A stretch of DNA of 64,000 bases, from NCBI RefSeq assembly GCF_009914755.1, contig NC_060940.1, one strand, 5' to 3'. Within the stretch, counting starts at the first letter, position 1. Every line of letters begins with the position of its first letter. The DNA comes from the human T2T-CHM13v2.0 reference genome, Homo sapiens. Below the pieces are notes generated by a model that was not told the DNA's origin, did not search any database, and was given only the letters and a program-made list of their open reading frames with translations. Position numbers and translations under genes: made by a program. Positions 1-18,046 of this stretch are shown here, one piece after another.

Positions 1-75
1 ATTATATATATGTGTGGCTTTTTTGAGATCTAAGTCACATACCAAAAAACTCACCCACTTAAAATGTACAACTCA

Positions 76-170
76 GCTGGGCATGGTGGCCCATATCTGT
101 AATCCCAGCACTTTGGGAGGCCAAGCTGGGAATATTGCTTGAGCCCAGGAGTTCAAGACCAGCCGGGCAT
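76..170 (+). mobile_element. Alu left-monomer fragment (FLAM-like)
   Basis: tgtaatcccagcactttgggaggcc...ggagttcaagaccagcc. Confidence 0.8.
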
Positions 171-533
171 ATATATATAATGATTTTAGTATAGTATATT
201 GAGAGTTGTGTAACCATCGCTACTGCCTAATTTTAGAACATTTTATCACTCCAAAAAAACCCCTGTACTCATTAGAATTACTCCTCATTCTGCACCCCCC
301 AGTCCCAGGCAACCACAAATCTACCTTCTGTCTTTGTGGATTTGCTTATTCCGGACATTTCATATAAATGGAATTATGTAATATATGGGGTTTTTGTGAC
401 CCTCCTTTCACTAATTCTGTTTGAAGTTTCATCTATGTTGTTGCACAAATTGCGACTTCTTTACTTTGTACTGCTGAATAACATTCATTGCACAAATATA
501 CCACAGTTTGCTTATCCATTTATCAGTTGGTAA

Positions 534-858
<325 letters not shown>

Positions 859-1262
859 GTTTCTTCTTTTTGGCTGTCATGAATAGTGCTGCTATGAACA
901 TTTATGTAGAAGTTGTTGTGTGGACATGTTTTCATTCTCCTAAGTGTATGCCTAGGAGTGGAATTGCTGGGTCACATGATGACTCTATGTTTAACATTTT
1001 GAGGAACTGCCTAACTGTTTTACAAAGTGGTTGTGGCATTTTTACAATCCCACCAGCAATGTATGAGAGTTCAGTATGTCCACATTCTCCCTAACATTTG
1101 GCATTGTCTGCTTTTCCTAGCTTAGCCAGCGTAGTGGGACTGAAGCGGCATCTCACTGTGGTTTTGATTTGCTCTTCCCTCATGACTAATGACGTTGAGC
1201 CTCTTTGCATGTGTTTATTGGCCATTTGTATATCTTCTTTGGAGAAATGTCTATTCAAATCC

Positions 1263-1574
<312 letters not shown>

Positions 1575-1737
1575 TAATTGGGGTACTTGTCATTTTATTG
1601 TTGAGTTGCAAGAGTTCTTTATATCTGATAGATGTAAACCTTCTATCAAACATATGATTTTCAAATATCTTCTCCCATTCTGTAGCTAGTCTTTTCACTT
1701 TCTTGATGATGTTCCCTGAAGTACAAAAGTTTTTAAG

Positions 1738-2037
<300 letters not shown>

Positions 2038-2989
2038 GTTTTTAAGCTTTGATGAAGTGCAATTTATCTAATTTTTCTTTGATCACTTGCACTTCTGGTG
2101 TCGCATCTAGGAAATGGTCATAAAGAATTACTCCTATGTTTTCTTCAAATAATTTTACCATTTTGGCACTTACATTTATGTCTACGATCCATTTTGAGTT
2201 AATCTTTGTATGCAGTGTGAGGCAGGGGTCCAACTTTGTTCTTTTATACATGGATATCTAGTTGTGCCAACAAAAAAGTCACCATTTGGGGTTGATATGC
2301 CGTCCAGATAGGGCAAAAAAAAAAGTTGCCCCTTTCCCTCCAACTTTTCCTAGATTTTTCCTTCATTCCAAGAGAAGCAGTTGTAGGGCAGCTCTCTGCT
2401 GGCCCCAGCAAGGCTCACTTAGTTCAAGACCAGGAAACCCAGATGGATGCCTGTCAGTGGTGGGTCCCAGGCTCTTTCTGCAGTGGAGATTTAAACGACT
2501 TCCTCTGTCTTCATCGCAGGGTCCTGGTGAGGTTCATGTTAGTCCAGCATACCTGTGCTCCATTCAGAGTCACACGTCCTGGTGGGATTCACCAGTATTT
2601 TCTTTAGGTGAGTACATCAACTGTGTCCCAGGAGGACTGAAGGGGATTGATATCCTGGAGTTGGTGGGAAAGTTGGGGGGTGGCTTTGGGACTGGTGGAA
2701 GGCCTGGATTGCCTGAAGGTCATCTTGGCGTTGTGACTTTGTCTTCAGTCTGCCATTTGGTTGGGGAAAGCAAGAAGCCGTGGTCTAGTTCAGGGTTATT
2801 TGCATTACCATTGGAATTAGTATAAGAGGGACAGTGATGTACATGTTGTTTGTGCATCCTCTCTAGGTAAGGGCAGGAATTGAGCTTGTTTATTATAATA
2901 ATTACAACACCAATAACCGCTAAAGTCTATTGACAACTCATGCTGGCCTGAGCACTACGCTTCAGCACTTCACACATGAACACAAGTTT

Positions 2990-3379
2990 CCTGCTGATGC
3001 AAAAAAATTACTGCCAACTTGGTAATGCCTTAAAACATCAATTGATTTTCTTACACTTCTGGGGGTCAGAAATCCAAAATGAGTCTCACAAGGATGAAAA
3101 CCCAGGTCTTAGCAGGGCTGTTTCTTCTGGAGCCTCTATAGGTGAATCCACTTCCTTGACTTTTCCAGCTGCCTCAGTTTTTAGCTTGTGGCCCCATTCC
3201 TTCACCCTCTCTCCCCCTGCTTCCATGGCCACACCCAGATAATCCAGGAGACTCTTCCCATATCAAGATCCTTACCTTGACTACATCTGCAAAGTCCCTT
3301 TTGCCACATAAAGCAACATTCACAGATTCCAGGGATTAGGACCTGGGTATCTTTGGGGGCCACTACTTCGATGACCACA
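2990..3379 (-). mobile_element. MaLR LTR (MLT1-type)
   Basis: Characteristic acatctgcaaagtcccttttgcca...gattccagggattaggacctgg motifs. Confidence 0.75.
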
Positions 3380-3519
3380 AGCACCCAGCTCTTAATGCAC
3401 TCAATAAATATTTGTTGAGTGCATGAATCAATTTTAACTGTTTAGCATCCTTGTTGGCAGCCTCTTGGCTCAGTCCTTTCAGGAATGTGTGTTTTCTCTT
3501 CCATCAAGTTTGTTCGAAT

Positions 3520-3812
3520 CTCCTGTTCAGTAAGGATTTCCTGACCCTAATTTAACATCACAGCTTGCCCCTCCATCACACACACTCCCCATTGCCTTAC
3601 CCTACTTAAGTTTACTTCTTCCCCATAGCTTTTTGTCACTTAATATATTGTATAATTTACTTACTATGTTTGTTGGTATTTGTCCACCTTTCTCACTAGG
3701 ATGTAAGTTTCGTGGGGCAAGGAGTTTCCATGTTTTAGTCTCAGATGTCTTCTAGGCATCTGGAACAGTATCTGGCACATGGCAGGTACTCAGTACATGT
3801 GTTGTGGAATTA
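3520..3812 (+). mobile_element. L2 3' fragment
   Basis: ctaggatgtaagtt...tctggcacatggcaggtactcagtacatgtgttg resembles the L2 tail. Confidence 0.6.
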
Positions 3813-4805
3813 ACGTGTAAACTGAATGGCCTCCCCAACCCTCATTCAGCTGCAAATCTGGTTATCTACGGTGGCCAATCTTGGCTTTCATGGTGATGAA
3901 GCCATGGCCTGTTGTGAAGCCAATCGATTGTTGAGTAACCCATGGATTATCCTGTTCACTGGGCTCCACCCCATTCCATTACCACACTGGCAATTTTGAT
4001 CTCTAAAACACAGATAACCTCAATTCTCATCTCCACCAAGACTTGTGAAAGTCTGGGAGGGAAATGAATGCTTTGGCTTTGAATAGTTACTGAAGGATAA
4101 ACATTTTAGAATTAAAATGATCACAGAGTTGAGATAGTGATTTGTCCCTGGCTGAAGTTGCCAGAGTCTGTGATGTTGGGTGTTACTGTTTCCACCAATG
4201 TGCCTGGAGGTAATGAGTTTGTGGTTTCTGGGGTTGGTTAGTCTCGGTTTGTTCACTGTAGAGTGGCCATGAGTACCTGAGGAGGTGTGATGGAGGGGCT
4301 TCAGGGTGCCCCATTGGCTTCCTGAAACTGCATGTGACTTTCTGTGTGCATGCGTGTTCTCAAGGACAGTAGAATCCACAGCTTGCTTCAGATTCTCAAT
4401 AGGGAAGTGAAGCACTTCTGCACTGCCCCAGCTCTGAGGATTCGGTGATTCTGTGACTGGTGATATATGGCTGAAATTCACAGGCCGCACACAGCTCAGA
4501 AAGGAAAGGCGGTCGTGTGACAGGTGTGTACCTTCTCCTTGTTCCTACCCCCAGACTAACCAATTGTGTTAAAGATCCCAAACCAGGTGCTGGTCCAAAT
4601 CTCAAGTGGACTAATCTCAATTTTTATAAGATTGTGGGCATTTCTTGAGGCCTCTATTTTTCTCATAGGTGAAATAGGGATACTTCTAATTTCTTTATTT
4701 TTTGTACTTTGAGGGTACAAAATACTATAGAATTGCAAAGAATTAATGATAAAGGGAATATATGCCTTTTTTTGTTATGTGGCAACAGACTGTCTTGTTC
4801 CCAGC

Positions 4806-4845
4806 TCCATCCATCCATCCATCCATCCATCCATCCATCCATCCA
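4806..4845. repeat. (TCCA)10 microsatellite
   Basis: Seen directly. Confidence 0.95.
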
Positions 4846-4924
4846 CTCTGTAAACATTCATTTCCTCACAGTAAGTATGAAAGCTACCATGTGTGTGAAC
4901 AAAGCTTTATATGAGACGCTTATC

Positions 4925-5068
4925 CTGGCGGGGCACGGTGGCATGCCCCTGTAATCCCAGCATTTTGGGAGGCTTAGGTAGGAGAATTGCTTAAGGACAG
5001 CAGTTCAAGATCAGTGTGGGCAACACAGTGAGACCCCATCTCTAAAATTAAAATTAAAAAAGAAAAAA
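4925..5068 (+). mobile_element. Alu monomer (FLAM-like)
   Basis: Left-monomer sequence plus A-tail. Confidence 0.8.
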
Positions 5069-6210
5069 CTTATTCTCCCAAAAACCATGAATAAACTGAG
5101 GTTCAGAGAACGTTCTCCAGGTCACTTGCTCAAAGTCACACAACACAGCTCGGAAGTGACAGTGCAGACTTTGAATTGAAAATCTAATTCTATCTGATGC
5201 CAATGGCAATGTCTGTTAATATCACCTACCAAAATACTCCTAAGGGAAGTCACCTATGAGGGAGATGGAGGGAAGAGTCTATCTAATATAGCATCTTCAA
5301 ATCTGTGTTTTACCTCCATATTAGACCCACACTTGTTTTCATATCAAAGAATTTCCCACCAATCTTTAAGTACAAGTGATGCTTTTGAGAATGGTTGCAG
5401 CCTAGCATAGCTCTCAGCCACACTCCCCACCACACACACCATTTTTCCACGTTAGACTTTTGTGTTTCAGTCTTATGTCCTGTTGGATTGTAGGCTCCTA
5501 GAGGACAAGATCTCAATCTGATTCCTCCTTTCTCCTTCCCAAAACCTAGCCCAGTGTCCAGCAAGTAACAAGTACACAGATAATGAATGTGGCAAAGACT
5601 TATTGCATTGCTGCCTGAGTCTGGTGCCATGAGAGATATAGATGGTTACAATGTGGCCCCTGCTCTCAAGACATTTACAATTGAGCTAGAGAGGCCAAGC
5701 TTCCAGAAGTGAAAAGGGTCTTCCCAAGACTCTTGGCACACAATTTTAAAAGCTTAGAACTGTCATAAAGCAAGAGAAGAAACAGTAGGTAATTAGACAC
5801 CAGACAAAGTTCCATTAAATAGGACAAATTTTGTGAAAAGTGACAACCTGTTCCTCTGGAAAGGCAACATTGTGTCAATTAAAGAGCACACCTTGAAGTC
5901 GCAAAGTACAAATTAATGATGTTGAAACCACTGTTTCCCAAGAGGGAAAAGTAGAAGACACAGTCAGCTGTGCTAGATGCTATCTTCTTTGCCAGAGGTT
6001 CTCAGTCTTGGATTGATTAGGCTTTGAGGGCCACATTGAGACCATTAGCAGCTCAAATGAACCCATGATACATTTGGAAACACTGGGTGGGCTCTGGGCT
6101 TAACAAATTCAATTCCATTCATCAAATATTTCCCGAGTTCACTGTGTAGGTGCTGGGGATGCACAGAGAGGAAGCGATGTATGATGAATGGCTCATACAC
6201 TTTGCAATGA

Positions 6211-6594
<384 letters not shown>

Positions 6595-6956
6595 TAAACC
6601 ATAACATGGAGACCCTAATTCTTATCTTGTAGGCGGTTGCAAGGATTCATTGAGGGTAATAAACATAAAGCTCCCTGCACAGGGAATTGCACTGAATAAG
6701 AACTTCACAGAGGGGCACTAGAATCACAGAAGAATTAAGAAAAAGAGCTCTGATTTCAGGAAACTCCCAGGCTGAGGTGGGAGGATTGTTTGAGCCCAGG
6801 AGTCCAGCCTGGGCAAAATGGTGAGATCCCATCTTGAATTTAAAAAACAAACAAATAATAAGTAAATGTTAAAAAAAAAAAAAAGAAAAGAAACTTCCAG
6901 TCTGGTGTAAGGACCAAAATGTTAACAAATAAATGTCATTAGTGTGATGGGTGTGA

Positions 6957-7365
<409 letters not shown>

Positions 7366-8468
7366 TAGAGCAGGAATTGCAATTATTCCCAATGAGGAAC
7401 CTGAGGCTTGGGCAGCTTAAGTAACATGTCCAGGGTTGCAGAGCTGGAAAGTGATAGAAGCTGGATTTGCACCTTGCAATCTGCCTCCTGAGGTAGATTT
7501 CAACGCGCAAGCAAGCCGGAAGAGGCTTCACAGAGGTAATGCAGTAGAGGCAAGAGGTTTTTCAGGCATCAAAGTCACAGGAGAGAAGTTCAGGCAGGAG
7601 GGAAAAGCAGAGACAAAGAACTGGCAGGATGAATCAGCTGACTCTGTTCAGGAATTCAGGTGAGTCCGTGTGGAGGGTTTGGATGAAGGATAATGAGCAT
7701 TCAGAAAATGAGGTTGAGGAAGGAGGGAGGGGCCCGATGGTGGACACCTCAAGCACCAGGCACAAAGACCTGGACTTTTACCGGAGTAAAGGGGTACTAG
7801 TAAAGGGTGTTGAAGACACGATCACTGGCATTTAGGGAATAGAATCCACCTGCCTATGTTATAAAGGAGGTGACTCCACGCAGCATGTTTGAATGATCAG
7901 GGCACATCAGGTTTTCCAACTAAATGATTACTTTTTAGATATTGTTCACGTGCAAGTCTCACTCCCTCCCCTGCTAGCCAATATGTTTCTTAAATTAAAT
8001 GTTGATTCTTATTGCTTTTGGTTTCCCCTAAGCGCCTGGCATATGGTAGTGCTTAAATTTTTTTTTTTTTAATGAATGAGTGATTAAAAGCATGCGTGAA
8101 TTTACATTTAGGTCTATGAGTCTCTGAAAAGAGATAGATTTTGAGCTGGATTCAAGAAAATGCATGTATTTGAGGTGGATCATAGACCTAATTGTGAAAA
8201 GGAAAACAAAAAAAGCTTCTAGAAGAAAGCACAGGAGAATCTCATGATTGCTGAGATTTCTTAAACAGATTATGAAAAGCACCAGCCATAAAAGAAAATA
8301 TTGATACATTGAACTTCATGAAAACTAAGAATATCTGTTCATCAAAGATACCATTTACAGGGTAGAAAGGCAAGCCACAGACTAGGAGAAGAAATCTGTC
8401 TTTATTTATATATTATTATATATATAAAATAAAGAACACCTAAATGTTAATTTAAAAATCCAACTGTT

Positions 8469-8785
8469 GGCTGGGCGCGGTGGCTTATGCCTGTAATCCC
8501 AGCACTTTGGGAGGCTGAGGCGGGCAGATCACCTGAGGTTGGGAGTTCGAGACCAGGCTGACCAACATGGCGAAACCCTGTCTCTACTAAAAATACAAAA
8601 TTAGCTGGGCGTGGTGGTGCATGCCTGTAATCCCAGCTACTCGGGAGGCTGAGGCAGGAGAATCGCTTGAACCCCGGAGGTGGAGGTTGCAGTGAGCCAA
8701 GGTTGTGTTGGGCTGAAATTGCACCATTGCACTCTAGCCCAGAAAACAAGAGTGAAACTCCATCTCAAAAAAAAAAAAAAAAAAA
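8469..8785 (+). mobile_element. Alu (AluS-like)
   Basis: Full dimer with poly-A. Confidence 0.92.
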
Positions 8786-8909
8786 TCCAAGTTAAAAATG
8801 AGAGAAAACTTCAGTAATCACCTAACCCCAAAAAATCACCAAGTGATCAAAATGCCTACAGAAAGGTGTTCAACATCATTATTCATTAGAGAAATACGAA
8901 TGAAAATAA

Positions 8910-9436
<527 letters not shown>

Positions 9437-9631
9437 CCAACCATATATTTTAAATGTTCATAACAGTTTTATTAGAATAGCCCTGAAATGGAAAAATTAT
9501 CTATCCATCGATAGGAAAATGGATAAATATATTGTGGAGTAGTCACACAATGGTATACTCACAGCAATAAAGAACCAACTATTGCTACAAGCAACAAAAC
9601 GAAAGAATTTTGAAGATATCACATTGAGTGA

Positions 9632-10029
<398 letters not shown>

Positions 10030-11267
10030 AGTTTCTTTTGGGTAGCACCGATTGGAAACGGGCCTTAGGGAGCCTCTGGGTTGCTGGAAATGTTCTATAT
10101 TTTGACGTGGCTGGGGATTTCACACGTGTGAAATGTTTCCATTTCACATGGAAACATTCATTCAGCCGTGCACTTAAGATTAGTGCACTTTACTGTGTAT
10201 TATACCTCAATAAAGACATTTTTAAAAGCTAAATGTATTAAAGTATTAATTAGTTTCAAAACTTACTGGTTAAAGAAGAGGTCTGACATATTTCAGAAAA
10301 CACAAGGATGGATTTAAACATTAAAAAAAAATAAAGGCAAGGAACATGCAATAAAAGGTGTAGAATGGGATGTTTAAAGCCCTGGAGTAGAAAATGAAGA
10401 TGTCAGGTGGAGTTAGAAAATAGATGAAATTCACCAAAAACCCAGCACTAATATTAGAGAAAAACAAGCAATGAGACTGTCAACCAGAACTGGAGGAGGT
10501 ATCACTGGTGGGCCCTGACTGGGGGGTGAAGAGACTAATTGACTTGAAAGTCAACTAGAAGCTAATCATTTCTGAGCTGGGCAAGGATGCCATTGAAAAC
10601 AAGAATGATGGTGGTGATAGTAATGATACATGTAACAGCTCTTAGCATTCACTGAACACCTGCTACGGGCCGGATCTTCTTGTCAGCACTTCATCACTGC
10701 TGTCTCATTTAATCCTCATAACCACTCTGTAAGAACTGCTACGATTGCCCCAGTTTTACAGAGGGAGAAATTGAAGAAGCAACTTCTAAGTCTGGGAGAA
10801 CAGACCAAGAGGGAGGTTGTTAGGAAATCCCTTGAGTTAAATGAATTTAAATGACTTCACAGATATTTAAACAGATCTAAGGCACAGGCAAATTACTTAT
10901 GTGATGTAAATTCTGCAGAATAATCCAGCTCATTGTACACCCAGCAGTATCCTGGCTAGAATTCTAGGGAGAAGACAAGCACCTTTTATATGCTTTCAGG
11001 TGTATAAACAACATAAAATATACAAACTAAATTTAAAGGGTGAAAAGTGCAAAGTGGTGTGTCTTGACAGGGGAGAATAAGGTTCTTGCACTGGACCTAG
11101 CTTGAAAGAAGTTATTGGGGCAACCTATGCCCAGAGCTACTATATTGTGACCTTCTAAGGTTTGGAACGTTTATTTCAGGTCCTTTGAATCAGTTTTGAT
11201 AACTCATCTTCCTCCAAGTTGGCAATGTTAGGTTAGGCAGCAAGAGATGAAAAGGTCCAGGAAAATA

Positions 11268-12626
<1,359 letters not shown>

Positions 12627-15188
12627 TAGAAGCTTACTTTCTGAGGTGTTAAATTCTAGGTTTCTATTATTCAAATGGCAATGTTAAGCAGGCTGGTGAA
12701 TATTTCCGTTTTGAGTTCATTGGGGAAATATGAAAAATAACATGTGAAGTAATCCCTTGTAAACAGAAAAATCTCAATTCTATTAGAATTTATTCCTTCA
12801 GCAAATATTTATTGGGCACCTACTGTGTGTCAGGCACTGTACTGGGTGCTGGGGTAGAATACATGATGAATTTGGATAGGAACAGTTACGACCTTCATGG
12901 AGTTTCATTACAATTTAATTAGTTCACCGGTTTCTGAGACACTTCTCTGAGTACTGTGTAAATATATAGAACCAACTCTGAAGCGTTATAAATACTGAGA
13001 TGTTCTCTGACTCAGCAATTTGAAAGAGCCTAGACTTTTTTTTGGAAAGAAAACAGCTATATATAGATTTGGACAAATGAAAGATTTACCCAATAAAATA
13101 TCTGAAGACTACCTTAAAATGAATCAGAAGAGACTGTCTCAAACAAATGAATGTTTATGACAAGTCGACTTGGTGTAATGGAAAAGCTTACAGGGCTGGA
13201 AAGCAGAAGATCTAGACCTTAGTCTGTTCTGCCCTGACTGGGTCACACCTATAACCTTGACTGAGTCATTTGCTCATCTGTACTTTGGTTTTCTCTTCAA
13301 TAAGATAAATCCGTTGGACTTGATATTTGCTAAAGAATTTTCAAACTGTTAATATTTTCTTTGCATTATTTCTCTTACTGGACTCTCTAAGTAGTTTTTA
13401 GGAAATAAAAGCCCAACCCCCCAAGTGGATTCCTCTCTTGAGGGCACATTTTTCAAAGCAAAAGAAAGCTTTTTTTTCCCTTTTTGCAAAAAGACATTGC
13501 TTTCTTGTTTTTTTAATGATTGTAAAAAATTATGCATGATCAGTACAGAAAATAGAAATCGAGGAAAATACAGAGTAAAAGCTTCTATAATAACACTGAG
13601 ACAACTATACTTTCACCATCACTGTATCTGTAGCAGGTATCGTACAGCAGGTGCTTTAAAAACAGTTGTTGAATGAATGATTACTGTTAATATCTTGCAA
13701 ACATCCTTTTTGGTCTTCAGACCAAAAACGAATACATAAATAAATCCTTTCTCTGGGTTGTTTCACCTCTAAACCAGAAGAGCTCAGTAAAGCCACCAGA
13801 GACTAAAGCTGTTAGGACAATATCAAATCTCTTACATTGTAATATGTTTCACAATGACAGTTGATATCTGATGCCTATGGAATATAAGGAAACAATAACA
13901 TTTAATCCATCATTCTGATAGGCACAATATCAAGGGTGGCTCAGTTTGAGCAATATCAAGAAGGCTGCAAAACAGTCCACAGTACTTCAGCTCAAGCAAG
14001 AGTGGCTCCGGCAGCACTGGGAGAGTTGGCTCTGCCTCCTGAATCCTTCTTCCCACACTTGGGCCCTCTTCCTTGCCCACAGCACCAGGAGGAGCTTTCT
14101 GGGGCATGTGAATTCCACTCAACACATTTTATTGGCAACCTAGCAGCCATTTGATTGTCGACTACATTTTCAGTAAACTAATCGTTTCCTGATTACCTCT
14201 GAACATGAATTACAGCCAGATCTTGTCTGTAGACCCATGCTACATTTTTTCCTCCAAATGGAATTAGTTGCTAATGTTGAAAATCCGGAATATTCAACAT
14301 GTAAAGTCTGAATTGTCAGAATCTCTTAAAAAGTTGTTAGATCCACCACCACTGGGCCCCTATCGCACAGAGCAATCAATCAGAGCTGAGGAGCATGTGC
14401 TCTTCAGCTCCCATAAGCCCACCTACTCCTATTGTCTGACATCCCACATCCCACAGTTTGCTTTGCTAATTTACCTGATACGCTCCTGCTAATTATGTAA
14501 AACATTCATGGGGTACCTACTACACATCAGGCACTGTGTAAGTCCTGGGAACATAGGCAGATAAGGCAAAGCCCCTGCCTTGGAGGAGCTCACAACCCAG
14601 CAGTGGAAATGACTTACAAACCAGTAAATTACAGTACAGTATGGTGAGTACAGCACAGCAGCAGGAGCATGCAGAGGACTGACCCACTCTGTCCTGGGAA
14701 GCCAGCTCAAGATTTCCTGAAGGCCATGGTTAAGCTGGGTTTTGAAGGATGAATAAGAGTTCACCAGGCCAATGGAGTGGTGGGGAATACTAGCAACAGT
14801 GTGGGTGGTATTAAAAATATATATAAAGTCTTCTTCTGCTTAGCTGCCTGTTGCACAGATGATCCTCTCAAGCCAGCAACTACCTTTCTCTTGATGGTCA
14901 TTCCATTTCCTCCTTCTATCAAAACAACAGGGAAGGTTCACCTTTATCTGGAAGAGCCTGCCTGACAAATCCCCATTCACCTCCAGTTACTTCAACTAAG
15001 GCAACCTTCCTACTCGGATAATTGGTTACCTGACTGTGATCCTACTATTGGAGCTCTTTGTTTTGGAACCTCTGATATTTAAAGAATAGACTAGCACAAT
15101 AAGCAATTAATAAGTACTTATCAAATATTTACATTGTGTAGAGAACTCTCCCTGGTTTTTGACTTTAAAAATGGCAAACACAAATTAA

Positions 15189-15492
<304 letters not shown>

Positions 15493-15819
15493 GAAACATT
15501 TATTAAGTGTCTGATATTCAGGTGTTTTTCTTTTTTTTAATCCCTCCATCCATCCAACATTCAGTTAGCACTATTACGCACCAAGTACTGTGCTTGGTAC
15601 CTGGAAATCATGCTGAGCTACAATAAACATAGTATAGCAGGTGACATGGATAAATAAACCCATTATAAAAAGTTTCTTGCTCGAGCAATGTTCAAAATAC
15701 AGCAACTGCTTGGAGAAAGGAATGTCAGCTGCTCACAGGGATACTGGGTAGGTATCATGGAGAAGATAAGTCCAAGCTGCTTGTCTTGTGTGTTTCTTAC
15801 CTTTTTAAATATATTTTTC

Positions 15820-16233
<414 letters not shown>

Positions 16234-17589
16234 CGTGGCTTTAACAATTAGTAACTTGCGGCCACTTTTGACTCATCTACACTCCCATCTGCTTCCCCAT
16301 CCCTTTGTTTTGTTTTGAAGCAAATCCTAGACATCTTTATCATTGCATCCGGGAACACTGAGCTGCATTTACAGAAGAAAGTGGAAATGCATGTGTCTTC
16401 CACAGCCGTACCCTCCCCATCTATTCTGCCCTGAAAACAGTTAGATACTCGGATTCCTGCCAGTGACTCCAAAGCCTTGGCTGGTTCAGGGTAAATACCC
16501 AAGACTTTATTGGAGCCTTTCAGTTGGTTGAAGGACAGTGAAAATTCCATCCTGTCTTGCCTGGAATGCTAGCCACATTCTTCTGGTCCGGAGTCCTCAT
16601 ACAATTGCTAATTTTTTAGAGGCTTATGGAGTCCCTAACGTTTGCACAAAATGGTTGCTACATTCCACACTCCCATGTGCCCTGAGCAACCTCCAGGGAA
16701 ACTTCAGATACCGTGGGGCTTGGCCTGCCAGCTGAGCTGACCCAGCGATCCTTTCTATCACAGCTTTGATCTTCACTGGGTTGGGAGCCTGTCTGAATCT
16801 AAACATCTGCCTCTCTACTGCCCACCCCTTCAGCATTTCCTAGCTCTCCCTGAAAGGTGCAAACATGCATGCAGTTACTCAAACAGAATATTTATCCTTA
16901 ACTCCCTCTCCCTCACAATTTCTTTTAAAACAATCCACTATTGTCTACCCCCGCCCCCGCATCACCCTTTCATCCAGGTGCCCATTCCCTTCTCTCTAGT
17001 CCTGCAATACCTAAGCATCGATCTGCCTTTAGCACATCCATCCCCGCCTTATTCTCCACGCAGGAGCTGAGTGACCTGCACAAAATCCCCTGCTAAATAC
17101 GGTACTTCCATGGTTCTTCACCACTGCAGAAACCAAACTCCTTCCCACACCAAGGAGGCCCTGCAAAATTTAAGGCCTCCTTCGGACTTCTCCAGCTTCA
17201 TCTGCTACATCTCCTTCCTAGCCCGCAACCAAAACCATCTTTTCCGGGTCTGTTTTCTCGGGTTTTTGTCCTCTCACCTGGGCAGCTCCTTTTCTCTCAT
17301 AAATAAAGAAAGCTACAGCGACTTCGCCCTTGCTTCCATGCATCATCTCATGAGTCCACAACAACACTAAGAATTCGCTTTCATTTTGCAGACGGAGAAA
17401 CTGAGGATGGGCACCTTACCCATGGCCACAGAGCTAGTAAGTGGAACAGCTGCAACCAGGATTCAAACTCGCGGCTCCAGAGGCCACAGGCTTAACCACG
17501 GAATCCTAGCCCGCCCGCACATCCCTCCATCGCGGGAGCGACCTATCTCATCCGTAGACACCTTCCGCTGCACCCAGCCGCAGCTGGTC

Positions 17590-17735
17590 AGGCGGGCGGA
17601 GGAAGGAGGCTTCTGATTGGCCATCTCCAGCAGCGGAGGCGAGAGGGCGGGGAGCGACGGTGCGGGGGCGTCGCGGAGAAATGACTTCATGACGCGGCTT
17701 CTTAAAGGCGCCGGCCCAGCGCGCCGCGGATAGCA
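17590..17735 (+). promoter_or_regulatory. Core/proximal promoter motifs: reverse CCAAT (ATTGG 17616-17620), GC box (GGGCGGGG ~17645), CRE/AP-1-like TGACTTCATGACGC (17682-17695), TATA-like CTTAAAG (17701)
   Basis: Motifs seen directly. Their spacing suggests a TSS near 17730 (inference). Confidence 0.6.
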
Positions 17736-17879
17736 CAGGCACGTCCCGGGGGCTCCAGCTTCTGCTCAGAGCGCGGAGAGCCGGGCCGGGCGGGCGCGCG
17801 CGCAGGACTCGGGCCGCTCGAGGGGTCCGGCCGGACGGTGTCGGGAGCCGGACCCGTCGGCAGAGGAGCGGGCGCCGCG

Positions 17880-18046
17880 ATGGCTGAGGGCAGTGCCGTG
17901 TCTGACCCTCAGCACGCCGCGCGTCTGCTGCGAGCGCTCAGCTCTTTCCGCGAGGAGTCTCGCTTCTGCGACGCGCACCTGGTCCTCGACGGGGAGGAGA
18001 TCCCGGTGCAGAAGAACATCCTGGCGGCGGCCAGCCCGTACATCAG
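17880..18046 (+). CDS. GAN: Gigaxonin coding exon 1 (N-terminus and start of BTB/POZ domain)
   Basis: ATG in gccgcgATGg context. Translates MAEGSAVSDPQHAARLLRALSSFREESRFCDAHLVLDGEEIPVQKNILAAASPYIR, recognisable gigaxonin. Donor CAG/GTGGGG at 18047; 167 nt. Confidence 0.98.

Noticed and set aside
13900-14230. Unique-looking segment with overlapping short ORFs as a possible pseudogene
   Set aside because: No recognisable protein similarity, poly-A tail or TSD.
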